A stretch of 64,000 nt of DNA from Fimicolochytrium jonesii (lineage: Eukaryota), in NCBI RefSeq assembly GCF_025526975.1, contig NW_026515688.1:62001-126000 (forward strand), in the 5' to 3' direction. The position numbers and the translations under genes were made by a program. The notes beneath the pieces are model-generated. The model was not told the DNA's origin and searched no databases. It was given only the letters and a program-made list of their open reading frames with translations. Shown piece after piece: positions 54,161 through 64,000 of the stretch. Numbering within the stretch: position 1 is the stretch's first letter; every line of letters begins with the position of its first letter.

Positions 54161-55685
54161 ATGGGCGACAGGGGGCAGGGCGGTAGGTCGTCGCTCAACC
54201 AGCAGAAGCGATCCGTTACCATAACCAGCAGCGGGTCTCGGCAACGACCCACCCCACCTCCAAGTTCACCTTCAGTTCTCAACTCGGTCGTATCAGATCT
54301 TATGCGAGCAGCTGTCGGAGGGGTCCCCTCCATCGTCCCCGACGACGACTTACAACGCTACATTGCAGCGAAGATACTCGAAGAAACCGCGGCTGCAAAG
54401 AAGCGCTATGAGCACGACGGCAATAGTGCGTTCTTGCCGGCGAAAAGGCAAGTTGCATATCCGCCCGGGGCCGGTGACAGTCCTTTTGGTCAGTTTTCCT
54501 TTACATTGGTATGGGAAAATCGGGCTGGGGCGATGGTTTGATGTATGATCAACAAGCTGACGGCCGGCCCCAACTTTTCTCCAACACAGTCTCCCTAAAC
54601 CGAACAAACGCTTCCTAGCGAACGTCATCAAAAGCACGGACGCGCACAACGATGCGCTCCTGCGGAAAGAACGCGAAGAGGCCCAGCAGCGGTTTGAGGA
54701 GCATCGGCGGAAAAGACCACGGCGGCGAGGGTCTCGGTCTAAATCTCGTTCACGATCGGACTCGGGGAGCAGAAGCCCGTCACGCCGATCGAGGGACGAG
54801 CGGAGTGGACGGTCTTCCCCGCGACGGCGGCGACGGAGGGAGGGGTCTGAATCTGCTTCGGACGACTCTACGTGTTCTGATGGCCGGCGCTCACGACATA
54901 CACGGCGGCGGAAGGGCTCTGCGGACATGTCGGATGATGCGAGAGGGGGTATGAGGGACGTGTCGTCAACGCGTAGACGAGCACGGCGGACGGATACACG
55001 AGATCGTCACCTCGGAAGCCATCCGGAGTACGACGCTCGGACACGACCACGCCGAAGCAGCAGCGCAAGCAGTGCCGGGGCGGAAAGCGGTCGAATTAGA
55101 TCCACACACCCAGGTACATCCCCCACATCACCCACAACCGCCCTATCACGACGACAATCAGCAGACCCAACCACTACTACGACCTCCCCAGCACTACCCA
55201 ATCAGCGCATCAAACGCGGCCGCGGCGCCATCGGGTCCTCCCGTCTCGACAAATTCTTTGACGACGGTTATGACCCGGCCTTGGATCTGGACAACTACGA
55301 CGATGCGAGTCTGGTGCATTATGTGGAGCGGTTGGAGGAGCTCGCGCGGAAGCCACGCGGTGGCGATGAGTCTTCCCGTACGGCTGCGTCGTCTCGAGAT
55401 CGGCCGGGTAGGGAGCTGGATAGGGACGAGAAAAAAGAGGATCGAAAGAGGAGAAAGGAAAAAAAGGAGAAGAAAGCAAAGAAAGAGAAGAAGGAGAGTA
55501 ATGGCAAACGAGATCGAGAGCGGGATACCACGTCGTCGCGTCGTCGGCGGCGATCACGGAGTCTCGTGTCATCATCATCATCTGAGGATGAGAGGGAGAG
55601 GAGGGGAAACCGGGGAAGGGAAGTGACGATGCACACTCAGTTGTCGAACGTACCGCGAGATCTCCCGACATCGTGTCCGTGGTGA
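54161..55685 (+). CDS. Conserved fungal RS/charged-rich nuclear protein (often labelled pre-mRNA-splicing factor 38B-like), with a GC-AG intron
   Basis: DDDLQRYIAAKILEE....KRY, then LPKPNKRFLANVIKSTDAHNDALL, RGRGAIGSSRLDKFFDDGYDPALD and a K/E/R-rich tail. Intron 54448-54589 (GCAAGT...CAG) keeps the frame to the stop at 55685. Confidence 0.75.
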
Positions 55686-56162
55686 TTCCTTGTGGGAGAT
55701 GTACGTTGTACCAATGTACCCGCCAATTTGGAACGATGGTTTAGTTTACACTGTTGAAGGGGGATGTGACATTTCCCTCTGCATAAGGGATGGCAGGGGC
55801 GTAGATAAACTGTACATTAGGCAAGTTATGTCTCTGTCGACCTATAGTGAATCCTACGTTCTTCAATTCTACACTTTTGTAGTTTTGATGAACATCCATC
55901 TCTGCGCAACAATCCTTCCATCGTAGAAGCGTGCGCTATTTTCTTATCGATGAACGATATCCAGTGGCAAACTTTGAAATCTGAGCCTCTGTCATGTTCA
56001 ACATCGTCCAACAAGATATACCCGGATGGCCCTGCATGTCGCAAGCTCTCTATAGTGACATCCGGTCAGAACTTGATTCAGGCAGTGGAACTGCGACGCG
56101 GTCAGATTCCCGCTCGGCCATGCCGTCTTGTTTTCCAGCAATCGTCAGATGTAACGATCTCC

Positions 56163-57898
56163 CTATCGATGGTGAGCCTCATGCTCAGGCCGGATGCTCC
56201 CTCCTAGCAGGGCGCGACGAAATTTGCGACGGCTTGGGCAAAGGTGACGGAAGCTCTTGTAGGTCATCATCATGCAATCATTGAGAGATGATGACACCTC
56301 ACGGAGGATAGCCTCATCCTCCGACTGCACTCCGACTGGGTGCTCTTTCCGCTTCAACTACAACTCATCATAAATCTCATCTACCATCCCCACCCAGTCA
56401 ACCAGATTCCTGGAGTGCTCCTCCGGCAGTTCCCTGAAACTGAATGGAAAAATTTAATCGCAATTCAGTAGAGAAAAGTCGGACACCGCGCTGACCTTCT
56501 TCGCATGATGGACGTGACGTTGTCGAACTCAGCAGATGAAGTGGCTTCCTGCGCTGCCTTATATGCCTGCTCCGCCAGCGACAGTGACGTTTTCCATTTC
56601 TCGTAACTGGGCCTTCTGGCTCCGGGTCCGCCTGTCTGAAAGGATGCCATTCCGGGTGTTGAGTAAGCTTATGACGAGATGGGTGAAGTAAACGACCGCA
56701 TACCTTCTCGCTTTTCGATATAAAACCTTTCAGCGACCGGATATAGCCGTCGAAAAACATATCGTAAAAAATGCCAAACATCTTCACGAGTTCTTTCGCG
56801 TCCGCCAGCGGATCATGGTGTCGTATCAAGAAGTTGGTAGATTGTTGGAAATTGGTACCATCGTAACGCCAGTACTGCCAGATGTCTCTGCTGCACAGGG
56901 CACCAGTGAGGATTGGGGTGCCCAGTTGCTGCATTACATTATTGTGCCACGCGGCTGCAAGTGACGATGGCGAGAGTCAGAATCCAACGACTCTCAAACG
57001 TGAAAGAAGGGCCATCCATACCTTCCAATTCCACCATCATTTGAGCGACGTCATCCTGAGTATACGTGTTATATTTGCACTCGATGACGACCACCACGCA
57101 AGCCTCCAGCACCATGTATATGAATTCGATGAACCCACCCGTTGACGAGGAACTTTCACCCAATTTGCCCTCCGCGTCATTGTTTATGACGCCGTTGAAC
57201 ATTTGCAAAATGGGGGTCAGCATCTACAAAAGGCATATGGTCAATGTTAAATGTGATAAAGGTGGGAACAGCAAGCACGTAGCCTACAGAATTCATCCAG
57301 GTCACTACTTTGGTCTCACTTGTAGCCTGGCTTAGCGCGCAAGTTGCCATTTCGTTGGCCTGAATGCCCTGGAATATGTCCTTGCACGTTTCCCTTGAGA
57401 TATAGAGCACAGAAGGCCGGAACACCGGGATCTTCTCGACATGTTTGATTCCATATAACTCAAAGATGTGCTTCCACTTCACGTTTGAAAAAGACCGGCG
57501 CAACCTCTCTGTCACGCGAACCGAATGACAAAAGGTAAGTCCCACCCGCATGTCGTTATGAGTACCAGGGCGTTACCTTTGTAGTCCAGAAAATTGCTTA
57601 GCGGGACAAGGTTGGTCCGGGCGAGCTCAATGAGCATCCTCGCCCCGCTCGCGTCCCGCGAGAGTTCCTCGAACTTTCGTTCAAAGTCTCCCAAACTGAT
57701 CGGGTCCGTGCGAGGATGTTTGCTCTGTTCGGCCGAAGCCTCCTCTTCCCGGCCCCGTTTCGATCCTGCTGCGGCCTGAAAGAACAGAGGGTCAGTTGAG
57801 TGCACTCTGGAAGGCGTGCTGGACAGCATTTGAGGGGAGGCCTTGAAAGCGGCCAGTACGGATACGCACCGAGCCGAAGCACCCGTGGAGCTGCTCAT
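56163..57898 (-). CDS. Restriction-endonuclease-fold (PD-(D/E)xK-like) protein of the Crinkler/fungal REase type
   Basis: Spliced core DAEGKL.....TGGFIEFIY......VVVVIECK.....DDVAQMMVELE|AAWHNN...ILTGALCS..IWQYWRYDG matches the E...E...ExK...AQ...EL pattern. The 3' exon structure is uncertain. Confidence 0.65.
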
Positions 57899-58486
57899 GT
57901 TGTTGTTGAAAAGAGATGCTTGTTCAGTGAGAGAGTGGAAGAGAGTGAGTGGGGGGACGCATATCTCTGACTAGCGCCGGTCAGAAATGAACCACTTCTA
58001 AGCCCCATCAAAAGAATGCCCCCCGCGACGAACTCGGCGACGACTTGGACGTAAAGCTTTCGAGAAGGAACGACTAAAGGTATTACCTGGCAGCTGAGAG
58101 AACACCGCTAGCCTTCCGATCCATGTTGATTTTCAAGCCACCAGGGGAGTAGTCGTCATCGCACCTCGTCGACCTAGGTCTCTTAACACACGGAATGGCT
58201 TGGAATTGTTGTTTCGATATCACGGGCAAACAGGACCGGAAGAAGCTCCCGTGGCGCTCCGTTTCCGGCCAAGTAAGCGAACGGTCGTGGTAGATCCCCC
58301 TTCAGCGAGAGAATAGAAAGTCGTGTCCCGCAATCTTGTAATTTCGAGAGTTACTCTTGGAGAGAAAAGCGCAAAAGTCTCCAGTTCGGACTCGCTGCTT
58401 TCTGCTCTTCTCTTTTTTCCCCACGATCGTCCGCATCTGCAATACACACACACATACACACATACACACACCAGGACTCTCACCCC

Positions 58487-60233
58487 ATGACCTCAGCTCA
58501 CATGGCTGATGACAACTCCACTCTCAGGGCTGCCTGGCTGGCTCACAAGCACACAAGAGGCTCCCCGCCTAAGGCTGTGCCTTCGCGTTTCGGTAGGTTC
58601 TCAATCAGGTTCTCAATCACTCATCGGCAAAGAATTGGTTCACGGGACGGGAAGCTGAGGCCGGCCCGAACGCACTGAGGATGGAGAAGAACCTTCAGGG
58701 GCCTTTGCTTTGTGATTTGTGACTGACAATCCGAATTCCACATTTTACATCTTGAAGAGTCCGACGCCGTCATCTCGTATGTTCCCACTGGCCTCATCTA
58801 CCGTGGTCACCGCGAAATTGAGGTCCTCCTCGACCAGATGCGGAATTCTTATCAATGCATTGAGGAAACTGAGGTCTTGAGTACGATCTACGGACAGAAT
58901 GATGTGGTATGTACTGAGAGGAAGGGAGGGAACTGCCGCTAGCGAAGGAATGCGGACTGTGGCCAGCGAATCGAGCGCCAGCGGAGCGAGTTCCGCGCCG
59001 TAGGCGCAAGTCATGAGCGAGCAGTGAATATGAGCGACAGCGAACAGTTGTAGTTTGAAGGCGAGCGATGCATGCCCGTATCTTCAACTGTTGGCGACCA
59101 GTCGTTTTTCCCGTTTGTTTTTCTGTTGTTTTTGTGGATGTTCTTTCTCCATCGTCCATGCACTTGCATGATGTTTCATCGACCGACACTGATATGTTTC
59201 ATCTCTTCGCATTTCGCAGTTCGAAGAGTCGATCCTTACCATCCGCCATGAGCGTTCTATCGAGTACCTCTTGCCCGGCATCAAGGAAACCGGCAGGACC
59301 TTGAAATGTGCCATGTGTACCGTCTCGACTTTCAAAGACGACAAGCTCGCGTACCAGCGTGTGTACTGGGACCACGCCAGTCTCTTGCAGCAGGCCGGAG
59401 TCCTTCCTCCTAGTGTTAGGGGAAAGACGGCCACTAGCCCCCAGATTGTGCTCAAGGTTGCAGGCACTAAGGTTGAGGATGTCATCAAGGCTGCCCTCCC
59501 TAAGGAAGGCGCCGAACCCAACGCCGCCAAAGTGCAGCAGGAGCAGCAATCGGCCGCAGCTACTCAGGCTACTTCTGATGAAGACCGCCCCCTACAAAAC
59601 AACGGGCACAAGAACGCGGCGGCCGACCACTTCGATGAGCAGCCCGTCGGCGCCACTGCTCAAAAGCAAGCCATTACCAAAGAGTACGTGACCCCCGACC
59701 CGGCCGTCGCCGTTGCAAACCGCAACAACCCCGTCACTGGCTCCCGCCAAAGCGTCAAGCTCCACGCTCCTCCCGGCGGCGTCTCCCAATTTAGTCTCGG
59801 CGGCGACGCTCCCGTGTCCAACGCGCGTGCCGCTCAACAGCAGCCCACGCCTGCCCTCACCGAAGACACCGAAGCAACAGCCAACTTCGCCGCCCGAAAC
59901 ACCTACGCCGCCCGCAACCGCGGCTCCTTTGCCTTCGACTCCTCCTCCCCTACCCCTTCCACCACCACCACAACCGAAGACCCAGCCCTAACCGCCAACA
60001 ACGCCGCGCGCAACACCTACGCCGCCCGTAATCGCGGATCCTTCGGATTCGGCGACGACTCAACCCCCAGCAGCGTCACCACTAACCAGCAGCAGCAGCC
60101 GAGGTCGACTGGACGCACCCATTATGCGCCGGCGGAGAGTAAGATTGGCGCGCCGCCGGTCACGGGAAGTAAGGTGCCGAGTGTTAAGTTGCATGCGCCG
60201 CCGGGGGGGCAATCGCAGATTACGTTTGGATAA
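58487..60233 (+). CDS. NTF2/SnoaL-like domain fused to repeats and two SPIRAL1/Jupiter-like PPGG motifs
   Basis: DAVISYVPTG..YRG..EI..., EESILTIRH..SIEYLLPGIKETGRTL.....VSTFKDDKLAYQRVYWDHASLLQQAGVLP (SnoaL-like), then SVKLHAPPGGxSQxxxG x2 and TANxAARNTYAARNRGSFxF x2. Confidence 0.75.
58965..59045 (+). repeat. GCGA-rich intronic repeat element (SnoaL-gene intron)
   Basis: AGCGAATCGAGCGCCA (58965-58980) and a 30-mer (59016-59045) shared with the FUR1 intron. Confidence 0.65.
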
Positions 60234-60556
60234 AGGCGTGTGCACATGTGGGTGGGACGCGGTAAAGGAAACGCATCATGAAAATAAGAGCAGGATTTAC
60301 CATAGATATGAGTATGAGCAGTACGGCGTACGTAGCGTTTTTAGTCCCACGCCACCCGCATCTTTTTCATCGGGGCTATACCCACCATCGATATAGCCAC
60401 TACTTCTAAAAGTATACTACCATTGAAAAAATCATCACACCCGATTGTGCTTCAACACACCATATCTTGAAAAACGATAAATGCATGGACCGAAAAGAAT
60501 ACGTATGTACAGTATACGGAACCTTTCAGAAATCCCCCGTTCTGTACAACCCGCTT

Positions 60557-62315
60557 TCACAAGAACCCCTCCTCCTCAACCTCATCCTGCAACGCCTTCA
60601 CATTCTCGGACTGCGGTTGCGGCGCCGGCGCCGGCGGCAACGCCTTTTTCGTCGCTGTGGGTGCTTTGAGAGTGTGTGCTAAACGGTTCACCTGTAAAAA
60701 AATCACATCCGCGTGTCAGATGACTGGTTTGAAGAGGAGGGGGGGGGATATGTAAGATACCTCGTTCTCGAGATACTGCACCGGATGCCGCTTCAAGCTC
60801 GAGTCGATGGCGGGCTGGTCGCCGTCCTGGAACGCTTGCACGAGGGTTTGCGCGATCTGGCCCTCTTCTGAGCTCGCCAGGCCTAATTGTCTGATAAAAC
60901 ACGTGGGGGTGTGTGAGTTGGAGGCAGCCGGTGCATCATCCGACCCCCCCCGGAAAGCTTACCCCATCCCCATCTCCAACCTCCGCGCGGCTTCCCCGAC
61001 GTCGCCCAGCGCCAGAAGGATGACGGTGCTTGAGAGCATCTGTTTGTGGAAATTCATCTTTTGGTCTAGCTTGGCGAAGGCGGTCGTTAGACGGGTCGAC
61101 AGGTCCAGTGCTTTCGGTAACCTACGGAAAAAACAGAGTCAAGCGATCGGTGGGTGCGATTATGATGTGAGAGGATTGATGGGAGAGGATTGAGGGGAGG
61201 GGAGGTTACTGACCGGTTATTGCGCACGCAGACACCGATGGCGCGTTTGAAGACGTCGACGCCGAACCGCATTTTGTTCTCTTCTTCGTACAACTTGCAG
61301 GATTCGTCGTACATCTCAATACTCTTTGTTGGGTCTGCTTGTTCCAATACCCTGTGGGGGTGCATCGTAGACAGGGGGATCATCAGCCACCACCATTCGC
61401 AATCGACATCAGAAACGAACACGAAACGGTTGAGTGGACGAGCACACATACTTGGCACCCTTCTCCAAACTCTCCCCTGCCCGATCGGCGCTCCCCTGCG
61501 CCAGGAACAGGTCGCTGACTTGTCTGTACAGATCTGCAGCGTGCGCGGGTTGGGAGAGGTGCGTTGTTGTGAGCAGGGCGGCGGCGTCGAGGGATTTTGC
61601 TGCTAGGAAGAGACTGTGGGATAGAAGGGGCGGGTGAGTGTTGACGCTTGGCATATAGGGTAGCACGGGAAAACAAAGGGGTTTCATACGAATCGAGGTG
61701 GCGGTGACATTCCGATGCCTATACAGATCTCGCAATATACGAGCAAACAAACAATCAGTCGTCCGCCAAACGTCGTCATTTGATGGGAAGAAACGGCATT
61801 TTCACCTTGACGTACGCCTCACAAGCCTGATCAAACGCACGAGCGTTCTTGAAACTCGTTGCTGCAAAATCAGACCAGCCTATTAGGTAAAGGAAACAGA
61901 AGCATTTTCCATCTCACTCATCGTCCTTTTCCTATCACCCCATATCACCCATACGATCCATCACCACACCTCGCACACATGCATTGCGACTCGCTCCCTA
62001 GATGCACATACCACCTCCGTTTCCCCATCTCCCGGCCCCTCTCCGCCTTTCCCCCCATCCACATCCCCGCAACCCCAGCGACCCGTCATCCCCACAACTC
62101 ACCCGCAGCCTCGTACCCCTGCACAGCCATATCCCAATCGGGCTTCTCTTTCCCGAACAGTGTCTTTTTGTTGCGGGCCTTTTCGGCTGCTGTCATGAAT
62201 TCCATGCCTGTCGCGGAGGGAAAGACGATGAGGTGAGTGATCTGCGGGAGGTGAGAAGAGGGGAAGCGAGGGGAGGGGAGGATGGGCTACCTTCGCGGAG
62301 TTTTGCGTCTGCCAT
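60557..62315 (-). CDS. NAPG: Gamma-SNAP (NSF attachment protein gamma)
   Basis: MADAKLRE|GMEFMTAAEKARNKKTLFGKEKPDWDMAVQGYEAA, AAKSLDAAA, GSADRAGESLEKGAK and acidic C-terminus DEVEEEGFL*. Multi-exon. Confidence 0.85.
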
Positions 62316-62661
62316 CTTTGAAGTCTGGGGGGGCTGGAGTTTGGGGCGAGGGGGTGTGGGATGTTGTGCTGGATTGGGTGTTGCAAGAAGTTTGGGAAAG
62401 GTGCGAGAGTTGCGGTTGCGCCGTCATCGCTTTGGGAGATTTGCACGCGTTGCCCAACGCTCCCCTCGCACCTCGCAAAAACCCATGTTGAATCATTAAA
62501 TGATGTAGAACGCTACGACTATGCCGGGATGATACATTGATGAAGAAAGCCGAACGCCGATAACATCACAAGCTTGAGGTCCTTTGGGGGAAGCATCTAC
62601 GTCTGCGTTTGTACACTACGAAGCCGTATCCCTCCCTAGCTTCCTCCTATTCCTATTCCAA

Positions 62662-63657
<996 letters not shown>

Positions 63658-64000
63658 GGTTGCTGGAGGAACTTGTTTTTTTTGGCGGCAAGTCCCAGGC
63701 CAAGAAAGAGTGGAATGAGACGGAAGCCACGAGAGGGAGTCGAGAAAAGGAACGCGCATCCGGTGACCTCCCGCTCGATTTGCTCTTGCGGCGGGAGAGA
63801 AAAAGACACCCCAGCGCGTGTTCTCCTGTTGCCCCTCTTTCAATGAATACTGTCCTCAGTAAGTCACTCGGACTCAGGAGTCACTCGGGGTTCTGCACGT
63901 TGCAAGAAGATGCACACCGTGTTCTTCTGTCTGATAGCGTGTCCGATCTTCCCTTCGGCCTCCCAGTCCGCCCCCCTAAAGGAATCCACTTCATTCCCCT

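Noticed and set aside
58081..58215. U1-like wording (TTACCTGGCAG ... CCAGG ... ATCGCAC)
   Set aside because: The 5' end is not ACTTACCT, there is no GATCANGAAG loop, loop II deviates from ATTGCAC and no proper Sm site follows. Probably chance.

Overview
Intron-rich eukaryotic genomic DNA from a fungus, most likely a flagellated chytrid-like lineage (inferred from fungal-type genes such as PMT4, a WOPR factor, Rds2/AcuM, Crz1 and Mtc6 alongside ciliary genes: a Tctex1-domain dynein light chain and an EF-hand/WD40 WDR49-like protein). About 19 intact-looking protein genes are recognisable, plus a U2 snRNA gene on the minus strand (~13095-13285) that the ORF track does not show. The most interesting signal is an unidentified ~470-nt, highly base-paired, apparently non-coding unit (~13902-14370) placed head-to-head with U2. 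It shares U2's TATA spacing, its ATTTTTG Sm-type heptamer and a downstream AAGGGAGAAA box. Other observations: a C2HC zinc-finger gene split by a 174-bp element with perfect 23-bp inverted ends, a GCGA/mini-hairpin repeat family in introns of unrelated genes, a restriction-endonuclease-fold (Crinkler-like) gene, a FAR1/AFT-like domain protein, an intronless family-1B-like CoA-transferase, decaying F-box genes, and alternating C-rich/G-rich blocks running through exons. All gene models were spliced by eye, so boundaries are approximate and no database searches were run.
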